Source: Chiloscyllium plagiosum
Taxonomy: Eukaryota
Length of the DNA: 64,000 nt
NCBI RefSeq assembly: GCF_004010195.1
Contig: NC_057735.1
Span: forward strand, 3,910,151 to 3,974,150
Direction: 5' to 3'
Part shown: piece after piece, positions 1-12,385 of the stretch
Layout of the letters: each line of letters starts with the position of its first letter
Position numbering within the stretch: position 1 is the stretch's first letter
Notes under the pieces: generated by a model
Seen by the model: the letters and a program-made list of their open reading frames with translations, nothing else
Database searches by the model: none
Told to the model about the DNA's origin: nothing
Position numbers and translations under genes: made by a program

Positions 1-1965
1 AAGTTAAAATCCCCTACCATAACTACCCTATTATTCTTACAGATAGCTGACATCTCCCTATAAGTTTGTTTCTCAATTTCCCTCTGACTATTCGGGGGTC
101 TATAATACAATCCCAATAAGGTGATCATCCTTTTCTTATTTCTCAGTTCCACCCAAATAACTTCCTTGGATGTATTTCCGGGAATATCCTCCCTCAGCAC
201 AGCTGTAATACTATCCCTTATCAAAAATGCTACTCCCCCTCCTCTCTTGCCTTCCTTTCTATCCTTCCTGTAGGATTTGTATCCTGGAACATTAAGCTGC
301 CAGTCCTGCCCATCCCTGAGCCATATTTCTGTAATCGCTTTGATATCCCAGTCCCATGTTCCTAACCATGCCCTGAGTTCATCTGCCTTCCCTGTTAGGC
401 CCCTTGCATTGAAATAAATGCAGTTTAATTTATTAGTCCTACCTTGTCCCTGCCTGCCCTGACTGTTTGACTCACAGCAATTCAGGCAGCATCCGACGAG
501 CAGCAAAATCGACGTTTCGGGCAAAAGCCCTTCATGATGAAGGGCTTTTGCCCGAAACGTCGATTTTGCTGCTCGTCGGATGCTGCCTAAATTGCTGTGC
601 TCTTCCAGCACCACTGATCCAGAATCTGGTTTCCAGCATCTGCAGTGATTGTTTTTACCTGTGTTTGACTCACACACACCTTACTAGTTTAAAGCAGTTC
701 TAGCAAATCTAACAAATTTCCCTGCCAGTATATTAGTCCCCTTCCAATTTAGGTGCAATCCGTCCTTCTTGTACAGGTCACTTCTACCCCAAAAGAGATT
801 CCAATGATCCAAAAATGTGAACCCTTCTCCCATACACTAGCTCCTCAGCCATGCATTAATCTGCTCTATCCTCCTATTTCTGCCCTCACTAGCTCGTAGC
901 ACTGGGAGTAATCCAGATATTACTACCCTTGAGGACCTCCTTTTTAAATTTTTGCCTAACTCTCTGTAATCTCCCTTCAGAATCTCAACCTTTTCCCTTC
1001 CAATATCATTGGTTCCAATGTGGACAATGATCTCTTGCTGGCCCCTCTCCCGTGTGAGAACATTCTGCACCCTCTCTGAGACATTCTTGATCCTGGCACC
1101 AGGGAAACAACACACCATTCTGCTTTTTCTCTGCTGGCCACAGAAACGTCTGTCTGTACCTCTTACTACAGAATCCCCTAACACAATTGATCTCTTGGAA
1201 GCCAACGTACCCCTCGTTGCATTAGAGCCAGTCTCAATACCAGAAACTTGGCTGTTCGTGCTACGTTCCCCTGGAATCCATCACCCCCTACATTTTCCAA
1301 AACAGCATACCTGTTTGAAATGGGTATATCCACAAAAGACTTCTGCACTTGCTGCCTACCTCTCTTGCCCTTCCTGGAGTTAACATCATCGATGTGACTG
1401 TATCTGAGATTTCCCCCCTTTCCCTTAACTGCCATCCATCACATACTGTTGCTGTTGCAAATTCCTCATCGTGTCTATTTGTCTTTCCAACTGATCCACT
1501 CGATCTGATCAGATTCGCATCCAACAGCATTTATGGCAGATATAATCCGCAGTAATCCTTAAACTCTCTTTAAACTCCCACGTCTGACAAGAAGTACATA
1601 TCACTGCAAAGGCCATTTTTGCTCCTTCACAATCTACAGACCCAGAAAATAACACCATCTTATTCCTCTACAAAACACTGCACCAGGTTAAGTTAAGAGC
1701 TATGGCTTATATTTTAAGTTTAATCAAGAGACTTCTCTCCAAAAACACACAGTCAAGAAAGAACTCACTGTACTCACTAATACAGCATTTCTCTTGGACA
1801 GACTTAAAACAACAATTAACTTATCTGATTCTGTGCTGTGAACTTCGCTCAAACCGGTTCCTCCAAGATTATTTGTGAAATTCACTATTTGTTAATTTTC
1901 CCAGATGCACTCCGATGTCCAGCGACACATGAATTCAAAAACAGCAAAGGCAGTAACTGTGCAGG
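1..1965 (-). mobile_element. CR1-clade LINE, 5' part (5'UTR, ORF1 with Cys-rich region and SGNH esterase, start of ORF2 APE); decayed
   Basis: ORF 837-1205(-) has IVLGDSVVRG...IIVHIGTNDIG, the CR1 ORF1 esterase motifs. 1-430(-) encodes APE-like sequence ending at VVMVGDFN. Frameshifted. Confidence 0.85.
477..661. mobile_element. Palindromic mini Penelope-like element nested in CR1
   Basis: 63-nt inverted arms (473-535 and 537-599, 1 mismatch). TSD tgtttgactcaca at 464-476 and 662-674. Confidence 0.85.
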
Positions 1966-2077
1966 TTTTCTCGCTCTCTCTTTGACTATCTAAGTTGGCT
2001 TTACTGCCTTGTATTGCCGAGAGGGAAGGGAAAGTCAGTCAAGGTTCCTGCTACTAGTTACTGTTGAGTGATCCCTG

Positions 2078-2561
2078 TATTATGAAATTTAAGGTGTGTA
2101 CTATACCTTTAAGAGAGAAAGCAACTGCCGTAGAGCCAGAGAGCTAATTGCCCATCTAACATCTTGCTCTCAAAATTAGAAAAAACGCTCACCAGCAATG
2201 GTACCTTTTCATATGAAACATACTCACAGTAAAAAGAGTGAAGACGACCCAAGGAAATCAGTAGCCGGCAGAGTGAAGACACAAGAAGACAGTGACTGTG
2301 TGGTTTTGAAATTAAGTTGATGTAATTTTAATAAGTGTCTTATTAGAACAGCATTGTTCTAATAATGGAGGCAGATAGTAAGCAGTTAAGAGAAGGGGGG
2401 AGCTTAGAGTTGTGAATTGTGATTTAATGTTTTAGAGTTAAAAATATTTTTAAATAGTGAAATTTGGGGGTTCTATCATTCATATTTTAACATTATGCGG
2501 CGATGCAAGGTTTTTTGGTTGTTTGGTTTAATTATCAGAGGAGTTCACCTGTGTCATAACA
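2078..2561. mobile_element. Probable solo LTR (about 484 bp)
   Basis: Ends TATTATGA (degenerate TGTTATGA) ... TCATAACA form a terminal inverted repeat. Flanks cctg/ccta resemble a 4-bp TSD with one mismatch. Confidence 0.55.
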
Positions 2562-2944
2562 CCTATTTATAGCAGGTGAGGGTAAGATTGACCTTGACTG
2601 TTATACCTCCCATCTTGAACAGCTTAAAGAAATTCATTATCTGGACTTGCAAGAAATGATCACCAGGGCAAGTTATCTGAAGGTTGTATTTCAGAGGAGG
2701 GATGATTATTAGAAATGTGGAAATTATTTTGATCAGACACTCCATTAAAATTTTGAGAGCAGTGATTTACAAATTGTAAAATCCTGCCTTGAATCCAGTG
2801 ATGATTTGGGAAAGATACAAACCAAGGGGGTAAGCTGCTTTCCTGTCTAAGACTTGCCCAAGCAAAGCACAAGACTATAGTAATCCAGTTGATTGCGTTG
2901 TCTCTTTCCGTACACTAGTTCCAACCTTGCATCAGTAACTCCAT

Positions 2945-3190
2945 GCTTGTCCGAGTCAGATGTTTGAAGATTTAAATTCCACTCCAGGGACCCAACATAC
3001 AATCCAGACTGGCACTCTCAGGGCAGCACTGTTGATTTCATTGTCTTTTGTCCAAGATTCTATGTACTCTTTCAAAGAGTGTGTTAAATCCTATTGTTCT
3101 GTTTCAGAGATGTCCTGATGAATGTTTATTTTATAGTCAGCCACCCCAAAAACCAAATAAAAGAAAATTTATCTTCCTGCTAGTTTTGGA
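2945..3190 (+). mobile_element. DeuSINE (SacSINE1/AmnSINE1-like), degenerate
   Basis: Similar to the other DeuSINE copies in the window (tcagatgtttgaagatttaaattccactccagggac...cactctcagggcagcactg). Confidence 0.5.
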
Positions 3191-3580
3191 ACTTGTTGCA
3201 CATAATTTGGCTGTGGAGTTTACCTGCAGCAACTACTCTTCCAAGTGGTATCCATCTTGAGGATAGAGAGTTGGCATGGGTTATGGAGAAAACTCTCGAG
3301 CTTGAGGCCCAGGCACCTAGGGATGGATTGGTGGAAACTGGGATTATGCAAAATTCTAGGACTGATGGAGCTGGAGGAGGTTGCAGGTATGGAGCTGGCG
3401 TGAAGCTTGGAAGAATTTGAAAACTGAGAGTGACAATTTTGAGTGATATGCTGTATAACCATTTACTTATCATGTTTTGAATACTGAACCTGAATTTTTC
3501 ACCTGTGTGCCTGACATCCTTTATCATGCATGCTTTTGAGTGTGTTTTGAATTTCAGCTTGATCTATTTTCTCTTGACAG

Positions 3581-3678
3581 GACGAGACACAAACGTATTA
3601 GTTTATATAAAACGAAGGCTTGCAATGTGTGCAAGAAAACTGGGGCGAATACGAGAAGCAGTAAAACTGATGAGAGAC
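3581..3678 (+). CDS. ST7L: ST7/ST7L internal coding exon A (98 bp; [32 protein letters not shown])
   Basis: Acceptor ttttctcttgacag|GA and donor GAC|gtgagt. The peptide matches the vertebrate ST7 family; RKLGRI is the ST7L-type variant as I recall it. Phase 1 to 0. The paralog assignment is less certain than the exon itself. Confidence 0.95.
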
Positions 3679-3834
3679 GTGAGTAAAAAGGTGCCAGTTA
3701 CACTTCAGCTGCAGCTGGAGAGACTGCGTCACCTTTTATATTTTGACTAATTTGTTCTTTCCTACCCATAATTGTTGGTCATAATCTGAATTATAATTAA
3801 ATAAAGCAAGTTTTCGAGTTTGACTGTGTGTTTC

Positions 3835-4170
3835 CACTTAAGCACAAAATTTCACCTGATATTCCCAGTACATGGGGTATTCTGCTGCCTCCTTTTGGAT
3901 GAGATGTTAAGCCAATAGTCTGTCTGATCAGATACACATAAAATATCCAATTTACTGTTTCAAAAGATAAGGGATTTCTTTTGATGTCCTGGATCAATAC
4001 CAGTGCGGGTATGAGCTCTCAAATTAGCTACTTAGTCATTGTCCTATCATTGTTTGTGGGATCTTGGAATGTGCAAATTAACATTCAAACTGAATGATAA
4101 CAGTTCAAAAGTCTTTCATTGGCTGGAAAGCTTTGGGATAGCCTGAAGATGTGAAATATAAATGCTTGTA
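3835..4170 (+). mobile_element. DeuSINE (SacSINE1-like)
   Basis: Contains ttttggatgagatgttaa...tgtttgtgggatcttg...gtgcaaatt...ttcattggctggaaagctttggg...tataaatgc, the Deu-domain and tail pattern. Confidence 0.65.
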
Positions 4171-4647
4171 TTTACTAACTTTATATATGGAGATAACTGC
4201 AACATCATATCATATCTTTGGAAATTAGCATGTTGGGATTTAAATGTAAACTAGTGTTATCTCTATCTATCCAGTCTATTTTTTTTAAAAAGAAAAGATA
4301 TAACTACTAGGAGAAGAAAACAGTTTGCAATCTGAAATTCTTGGGTAATATTTTTCATACTGATTGTTTACAGACTTTTTGTAGGGGTTAGAACTGCTTG
4401 GATTCTACTTCCCCACAACTGACCCTTAGGTGGAAGGAAAACTTAGATTTTTATGATCGGAGTGTGACCATGGCCGTTGGTTTTTCCTTTTGGTAGTTTT
4501 TGAAATTTTTAGAATTCTGGTTACTGTTCAGTACAGAATTAAATGATGTTTCTGTAGAAGCTGTGATAAACGATGTAAGTTTTATTTTGTATTTTCAGCA
4601 CTTCACGTTCGATAAAATCTTTAAACTGAATGTCTTTTCTTTCTCAG

Positions 4648-4762
4648 TTGATGAAAGAGTTTCCACTCCTTAGTATGCTGAATATACATGAAAATTTGTT
4701 AGAGGCTCTGTTGGAGTTACAAGCTTATGCTGATGTACAAGTGGTCTTGGCCAAATATGATG
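4648..4762 (+). CDS. ST7L: ST7/ST7L exon B (115 bp; [38 protein letters not shown])
   Basis: Acceptor tcttttctttctcag|TTG and donor G|gttagt. Continues exon A in frame (phase 0 to 1). Confidence 0.95.
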
Positions 4763-5116
4763 GTTAGTGTGCTCGTTAATATTAGCACTATAATTACAAG
4801 GTTTCTACCAAGGGATGGGATCTATCATAGAATGAGTTGTTAGTCCTTAAAATGTGATTTTTATTGTAATCTATTTTGTATGTTGGATCGTCTGGAAGGT
4901 TCAACCTACACTCTAACAGAAAATTGTAATAGATCATTCCTGGTGATATACCAAAGACTTAATCTTGCCTATACTTCTAAGACTTGCCCATTCTAAGCAA
5001 GTGCACAAAAACTGGCATGGAGAGTTTTGTCTATATTTCTTTTACAAACTCTTGCCCCCTCCAACTCTATGTACATTTTTTTTTCCACCTGCAAATATAA
5101 AACTACCAATTATGTA

Positions 5117-5290
5117 CAGATGAACCTCAGTTATCCAAAGGACATGGGTGGGTAACATTTCGTTCGGTTTATTGAATGTCAGGTAATGGAATGCCGGATT
5201 ACATAGTTAACCAAGTATCAGAACCTTGCGATCTTGTTTGGATAATCCGAAATTCGGTTAATCTAATGCTGGGTAATCGAGGTTCCTCTG
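5117..5290. mobile_element. Tc1/mariner (Tigger/pogo-like) MITE, 174 bp
   Basis: TA|CAGATGAACCTCAGTTATCC ... GGGTAATCGAGGTTCCTCTG|TA gives imperfect TIRs and a TA TSD. A related right-end fragment lies at about 46250-46345. Confidence 0.75.
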
Positions 5291-5304
5291 TACCTTTTTT
5301 ATTT

Positions 5305-5665
5305 GGGCCAAAGCATCCTGCTTGATTAACACCCATCCATCAACTTTAGCATTCACTCCTTTCACAACTGATGCACAAAGTTTGCAGTGTGTACTATCCA
5401 CAAGATAAACGACAGTAACTCCCCCAGCATCAACCCAACCTCTACCATGTAGAAGGGCAAGGGCTCATGGGTATACATTGCCTACAAATTTCTCCTTGAG
5501 CCCCACACCATCCTGACTAGGGACTATATTGGCTCAGTTTGCTCAGTCATTTTGTCAAAATCCTGGAAGTTCTTTCACAGCATTGTAGATGACCCTTAAG
5601 TTCCGGATCTGCAGCAGTACAAGAAGGCAGCTCATCACCACCTTCTCAAAGGCAATTAGGAATGG
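5305..5665 (+). mobile_element. 3' end of a CR1/L2-group LINE
   Basis: Ends gcagctcatcaccaccttctcaaaggcaattaggaatgg. The same family occurs on the minus strand at 15160-15350 and 15760-16540. Confidence 0.6.
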
Positions 5666-6009
5666 TTTTTAATTTCTTTAAGGTATTATTCAGTGGCAGT
5701 CTCCTCTGACCCATTTGAAGTTTATAGTTAGGGCTTTGGGTAGTCTCTGTACATTGTTTTTCAAACACTGACTATGCCAGTGTAATATTTGATATTGTGA
5801 ATTAGAGTACTGCTGTATGAAGCTAATAGCTCCATACAGTGCAATAAAAATAAAGACACGAACCCTTCAATTAGAACGGGGAGATTATTAAGAGATAAAT
5901 GAGCAGCACCAGGAATAAATAAAAAACCGAACAAGAGAAGGCAAATACTGTTAGGGTAAAGGGAGTATCTTTAAGTAATCAGAAAAGTTGGCAAATAAGA
6001 CTAAGTTCA

Positions 6010-8750
6010 AGTCATGGCAGATGTGGTCAGCCAGGTGAATATGTGACCTGTTATATGTGGGAAGTCATGGTCACTACCAGTATCTTAGATGACCACCTGT
6101 GCAGAAAGTGCTCCCAACTTGAATTTCGCGTTTCGGATCTTAAGCAGTTGCCAGAGACACTGTGGCATGGACACACTGCTGAGAGTTTCATGGATAACGG
6201 CTCAAGGAACTAGAAGATAGAAGGGACTATGTGACCACCAGGCATCTGCAGTCCTCACTTTCTCCTGATCAAAGAAAATGAGGCAGGAATCTCCTGGGCT
6301 CCTGCACACCAGTCAGTTTTTCGTTTTAGAAGCTGAAGAGGGCATTTGTTCCTCAAGGGAGTGCAGACAGAGCCAGGCTTCTGGCACCACAAGTAACCTG
6401 ACTTTACAGGAGGGGAGGACGAAGAAAGCAAGAGTGATAGTGATGGTGGATTCAGCTTTTTTGGCGAACGGGCATTTCAGCAGCTGTAGTCATGACTGCA
6501 GGATGGCATGTTGCCTCCTTGCTTCCAACGTCAGGGTTTCACTGAGCAGCTGTTGGGATTGAAGGGGGAGGATGTCAAGACAGGGCCATGGTACATATTG
6601 GTACCAGTGATATAGGGATGAGGTCTTACATCCAAAAATTTAGGGAGCCAGATGGGAGACAAAAGAGCAGGATCTGAAAGATTGTAATCTTCGGATTACT
6701 TTCCATGCTGATTGCTAACGTGTACAGAAATAGGAGAATAAGAATCGATGAATAAGTGGTTAGAGTTGTTTCAGCACGGACAGTTTTAGATTCCTGGGTC
6801 ACTGAGACCATTTCGGGGGAAGATGGGATCTGTACCAGCGTGATGATCTGCACCTGAACCAGAATGGCATCAATATCCTTGCAGTTGGATTTTTCTGGTT
6901 CTGTTGGGAGGAATTTAAACCAATTCAACATGGGGAGGGGACACAATGTTAGTGCAGTAGGGACACAGCATACTTCATCAAAGGAACCAAGGCAGATGGG
7001 AGTTTATCCATGTTCAGTTTCAAAGGAGAATGACAAGATTGGATAGTCTCTACCTATGAGGATGCTAGGAGGATTATCAGTAAGACAGATGAGTTAAGGA
7101 CAAATGAAATTGTGATGATATTGCTATCATAGACATGATGAGAGGAGACCAGGGCGGGCCAATCAACATTCCAAGGTATAGCACCCTCCAGGCAGGAGGG
7201 GAGTGTCTAAAGAATAGGTAGTGTCTGATTGTTTACGAAGTCAGTGACTGGATTAGTGAGTCAGCAATAATGATGGATGCTGTCTTGAAAGGATCTTCAA
7301 ATGAGGCTTTGTGGGTAGAGTTTAGGAATAAACAGACGGCAGTCATACTGCTGGGAGTGTATTATCAAACCTCAAATAGTGGGCAGTAGAGGAGCAGGTA
7401 CGTAGACAATTCACTCAGTTATGTAAAAACAATAATAGGGTAATTACGTTAAGGAATTTCAACTTCCCCAGCATTAATTATGATAGTCATGGTGTAAAAG
7501 GTTTAGAGGAGGGAGGTTTCTTTGTATTCAGGAGAGTTTTTCATTTAGCAAAACCAACAAGGGCTGGTGTGATGCTGCACCTCATTGTGGAAGTTGTTCG
7601 AGGTGGCAGTGTAATTTACTGATGGCAACATCAGTAGTTTTAAGTTTGTTGTGGAAAGGAAAAAGAGTCTGCAAAAAAGTAGGGTTTTGGATTGGGGGAA
7701 GGTAGATTTTATCAAAAATAAAGCTGGATCTGGCTAATGTAGATTGCGAACTTCTGTGGAAATCAACAGTAGTACAGTGGCATAGCATTCAAAATGGAAT
7801 TGGCGAGAGTAGAGGCCCAAAATCCTTTAGAATGCAATGTAGGAGCACCAAGCCCAGAGAACCCTGGATGTTTAGGAGCATTCAGGACTGACTAAGAAGA
7901 GAAAGAGTGACTTTTAACAAAGGAAGCAAATCAACAGAGGCCCTGTCGGGGATGACTTAAGAATGCATAGGAGAGCAAAGAGGGACATGACAAAATACTG
8001 ATAGGTAAGATTTGGGACAATCCAGATATTCAATATCCAGGGGAAGAGTACTTGATGACAGGACAGTAGAGAGCTGAAAGGGACAGTGGGATCTTGGGGT
8101 GCCTGTCCACAGATTCCTGAAGGTGGCAGGACAAGTTAATAGGGTAGTTAAAATATAGGGGATATTTTGGCTTTATCAGCCATGGCATGGATTACGAGAG
8201 CAGGGTGGTTATTTTGTAGTTGTACTGCACTTCGCTTCAGCCACAGCTGGACAAATGTGTGCCTGCTTGGTTATTGCAGGGGATGCAGAGAGGTTCACCA
8301 GGATGTTGCCTGGGATGGAGCAGTTTAACTATGAAGAGAAGTTGGGTAAGCTTGGGTTGTGTTTTTTTTTAAAAGGCTTAGAGGGAACCTGATTGAAGTG
8401 TATAAGGTTGTCAAAGGCATGGACCGGGTGGATAGAAAATAGCTGTTCCCCTTAATTGAAAAGTCACAAAGGGTATTATTTCAGTTGAAAGGCAGGAGGT
8501 TTAGAGGGGATTGGAGAAAACCTTTTTTTCCCCCACACAGAGGTTGGTGGGATTCTGGAATGCTGAGAAGGTAGTTGAGGCAGGAAATCCATAATCTTTT
8601 ATGAAAAAAAAACTTGGATGAGCACTTGAAAGGTCATAATATTCACATCCATAGGCCAAATGCTGGCAAGTGGGACTGGTGTAGCTTTAGAGCAGATTTT
8701 AATCGGTGCAGCCTCAATGGACCCAAGGGATTCTACTGTATGATTCTGAG
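6010..8750 (+). mobile_element. Highly decayed, internally deleted CR1 LINE
   Basis: ORF1 Cys-rich and esterase remnants (6015-6920), APE remnants (about 7100-7600), RT C-terminus (QRRFTRMLPGM at about 8285-8320) and a CR1 3'UTR with ctgtatgattct tail. Confidence 0.75.
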
Positions 8751-8947
8751 AATTTAAATACTAAAATAGGCCATTCGGCCTTTTGGTTATGGCTGGTCAT
8801 AATGGCACTGCCTCCATATCCTTTTTAATGTGACTAACAGCATAAATCTGCTTGGGTGACGGGGTGTATTTGGGATGCTGCTGATCATTTTCCTGTTAAG
8901 TATTCATTAGAATGTATACCCTAATCTATAATGCTTTTTGATTACAG

Positions 8948-9020
8948 ATATCAGCTTGCCAAAATCAGCGACGATATGCTACACAGCTGCATTGCTGAAA
9001 GCGCGTGCTGTATCAGACAA
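8948..9020 (+). CDS. ST7L: ST7/ST7L exon C (73 bp; (D)[23 protein letters not shown](K))
   Basis: Acceptor ttttttgattacag|AT and donor AA|gtaagc. Phase 1 to 2, in frame with B and D. Confidence 0.95.
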
Positions 9021-9569
9021 GTAAGCACCTCATCCCTCCTTCCTGCCATAACCCTCTTCAGCCCTCCCTCATTGTAATATGCCTGATATCTCTGCACTTA
9101 CAATGTGGCTTCTTCTGCATCCTAGATTTCATAGTTTCTCTTTTAGTTCTGGTACCTTAAGCTCCCTGGCTCTTACTTTGGAATTTCCCACCTGTCTGCA
9201 GTTCAGCGTCTCTTATCTTTTAACATGTTCCTTAAAATTACTTTTGTGACTGACCATTTGTTCATTTGTCCTAACAACTCCTTATGTGCCTCAGTTTCAG
9301 AATGCATTTTACAGTCACGTTATGATAGCAAATGAGATGTTTGCTACTCTAATGCTGTCTGAATATAATGTTGCTACTGTTGGGACTTGGAATTTTAAGA
9401 ATAAAGTAGCCTACCTTGTTTTGGAAAAAGTTCAAATGAAGACCATTTGTAGGAGTGAACACCATCAAAATTGGAAAAAGCAAATGAGAACTCGGTGTCT
9501 GCAGGACATTATCCTGAGAGTTCTGGATTATACGTCCAGTGTCATAACCACTGTACTATCCACACCCTG

Positions 9570-9790
9570 AGGAACCTCAAAAATATTGAAAGTGCTTCAC
9601 AGCCAAGTACCTGCTTTTTGAAGTTATTGTATTGCTTTCTGTAAGGAAAAAGTAATCCATTTGTGCACAGCAAGGTCCCACGAACTGCAATTAGAAATTG
9701 ACTAGAGTATCTATGCTCACTGAGATTGGTTGAGGCACCCAGGATATTTTATTGTTGTGGTATCTTTTACACCCACTCAAAGATTTAGCT
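9570..9790 (-). mobile_element. DeuSINE fragment
   Basis: Reverse complement of the Deu-domain (atttgtgcacagcaaggtcccac...tcttttacacccactca). Confidence 0.55.
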
Positions 9791-9796
9791 GGTGAT

Positions 9797-10183
9797 AGCA
9801 AGTTTTGTAGCTCAGGTTGAAGTTTTGGATGTAGGTTTGCTCGCTGAGCTGAAAGGTTCATTTCCAAACGTTTCGCTATCTTACTAGGTAACATCTTCTG
9901 TGGGCCTCATGCGAAGCAATGCTGAAAAATTCCTGCTTTCTATTTATATGTTTGGGTTTCTTTGGGGTGGTGATGTTATTTCCTGTGGTGAAGTCACTTC
10001 CTGCTCCTTTTCTCAGGGGGTGGTAGATGGGGTCTAACCCGATGTTTGTTGATAGAGTTCTGGTTGGAATGCCATGCTTCTAGGAATTCTTGTGTGTGTC
10101 TATGTTTGGCTTGTCCTAGGATGGATGTATTGTCCCAGTCGAAGTAGTGTCCTTCCTCCTCCGTATGTGAGGATACTAGTGAG
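9797..10183 (-). mobile_element. Penelope-like element 3' end (endonuclease C-terminus plus pLTR)
   Basis: The minus strand encodes SLVSSHTEEEGHYFDWDNTSILGQAKHRHTQEFLEAWHSNQNSINKH, a typical PLE GIY-YIG C-terminus. A degenerate hammerhead-like motif (cagaagatgttacctagtaagatagcgaaacgt) lies downstream. Confidence 0.8.
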
Positions 10184-10444
10184 ATTCTAGACCGTTTAGC
10201 TGCTGCCTTGTTTTAATGTTTTGTCCAACATCACTCACTCTATTGCACTGTAGGGTCAGGCTTGATTAAATGCTTGCATTTCTGAAGTACTACTCAAATC
10301 CACTTCTGATTTGAGATATGATTGCTACCAATCAGTCACAGCTAATATTCTTGATGATAGGAAAAGATAAATTATTAAACAGTTTAGCTGTGGGAGAACT
10401 TGCTTTGTGACTTTAGTCTACCTCGAGAGAAAAATTGCCACCTG

Positions 10445-10675
10445 GAGATGGTGATCCTGTGGAATTCTCTGCCATAAAATGGTTGGGGCTAAAACATTAA
10501 ATGTTTTCAGGATGATGTTAGATATGGTTCTTAGGGTAAGAAGAATAAAAGGGTATGGGGGAGAAAGCATGAGCAGGTTACTAAGTTGGATGATCGCCAT
10601 GATCATATTAAATGGCAGGACAGGCTCAAAAGAGCTGAAATGCCGACTTCTCTTCCTAGTTCCTATGTTTGTGTT
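10445..10675 (+). mobile_element. CR1 3' fragment
   Basis: ctgtggaattctctgcc...gatcgccatgatcatattaaatggcaggacaggctc...ttcctatgtt, a CR1 3'UTR. Confidence 0.7.
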
Positions 10676-11793
10676 TCTCAGGATGCTCAAAATGTGCCCA
10701 ACAGGCCCCCCCCCATGTTCACCAAAGAACTTGTAGCCAGGTAATCTGTGTTCTGTGTGAGGGATGAATAATGGCTTAGGCACCAGGGACACTTCTGATG
10801 TTTGAAATAATGCAGGAAGAGCTTTTTTCGGTCCACCTTGGAGCAGACAGACATTGGTTCATTGTCCTCTCTAAAAGCTGACATGTCCAACAATGTGAAG
10901 TGCTGTCATTCATCCATGTGAGCATAGTTGGAGGCAGTGGATACACAATTTAGAGTATTGTGTAGGGTGGGTGCTCAGTTCAAAAGGAAAAATGCAGGCA
11001 CCCATATACATCTGTGCACCTGTAAGTTCAAACAAGGACTTGATCTCCAATCTCTGCGCTCTGTGACAATGAAAGGCAAACTAAAGAAACATGCAGAGTA
11101 TTGGTAGGTGGTACTGCGGTGCATCTTTGAAACTGGGTTTTATGTGGATAGTACATTTTTACACGTGGTGACCACTCCTCTTCTCATCATCTTTATTCCA
11201 CTGTGTGGGCTTCTGACTTCTGCGTGCAGAATTCAGTGTATTGGCATGCTGATTGGTATGCACTGGACCTCTGAAAAGCTGTGCAACCATTGATCAGCTT
11301 GCAGCTTCAGGAAGGGCTGCCATGGGAGGAACAAAGGGAGGTAGGTAGGTGATCAGGAAAGCCTTACAGTTCATCTCATTTGACAGCCGTTTTTCTGCAT
11401 TAGAAAGCAATGAGAGTGATGGTTCATGCACTGAAAGGAGCAGAAGTGTAGTGGTCGAACACTTAATGAGGAGGTCAGACAGGTGTTTCTGGTGCCCCAG
11501 AAATGACTCTGTGGGGTCAGGGCCACGGATATCACTGGCCACAGGGTCCTCTGAACTGGAATGATGATCACCGATTGTGATTCACACTGGTACCTACGGC
11601 ATTGGGTAGAATCCTGTGACAAGAATTTAGACAAATAGATAGCTCATTGAAAAAAAGGATCTCTGAATGCATAGTGATGAGTGTAGAAATAGGTGGGTTG
11701 AGCAGATGAATACGAGGCTAAAGAATTGATGAAGGTGGGATGGCTTTACATTCCTGGGTTGCTGGGTCCATTTTGGGAAAGATGGAATCAAGG

Positions 11794-12385
11794 CATCATC
11801 ATCATCTCCGGTCCCTCGCAGACAATGATGCCTCTCTTCCACTCTCAGGGTGAGTCCATAGGTCACTGTCTGATCTAAAGCTTCTGCAGACTCTGCTACA
11901 CATGGGGCAGAAGGTGGTCGCCTGGAGGGTTGGGTTGGTGTGCCAACGGATTCCTTGTGCTGTTTTCTCCTGGCTTCCACTTTTTCCTGATAGCAGGTCT
12001 TGAGGTACTCTATGCTTTCTCAGATGCTTTCTCAGATAATGTTCCTCCACTTTAGACCGTCTTGGGCCAGTGATTCCCAGATGTCAGTAGGAATGCTGCA
12101 CTTCACCAGTGAGGCCTTGAGGATATTCCTGAAGTATTTCCTCTGTTCACCTGGCACTTACTTGGTGTTTCGAAGCTGGGCGTAAAGTGTCTTCTTGGGG
12201 AGTCTCATGTTGGTCATGGGGACACTGTGCCTTGGCCATTGCAGATGATCAAGGAGGGGGGGGTCAGTGCTTCAGTGCTGGGGATGTTGATCTGGTCGAT
12301 GACGTGGGTGTTGGTGCATTTGTTTTCCCAGCATCGTGTGCAGTCAGCATTGGTGATACTGCTCCAGTACCTTGAGGTATCTACA
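11794..12385 (-). mobile_element. RTE-clade LINE, 5'-truncated 3' end
   Basis: (GAT)n tail at 11794-11806. The minus strand encodes PGEQRKYFRNILKASLVKCSIPTDIWESLAQDGLKWR and a terminal CPMCSRVCRS Zn-knuckle, as in RTE ORF C-termini. Confidence 0.75.

Noticed and set aside
837-1205. SGNH/GDSL esterase ORF as a host or horizontally acquired enzyme
   Set aside because: It is the standard esterase domain of CR1 ORF1, embedded in a decayed LINE.
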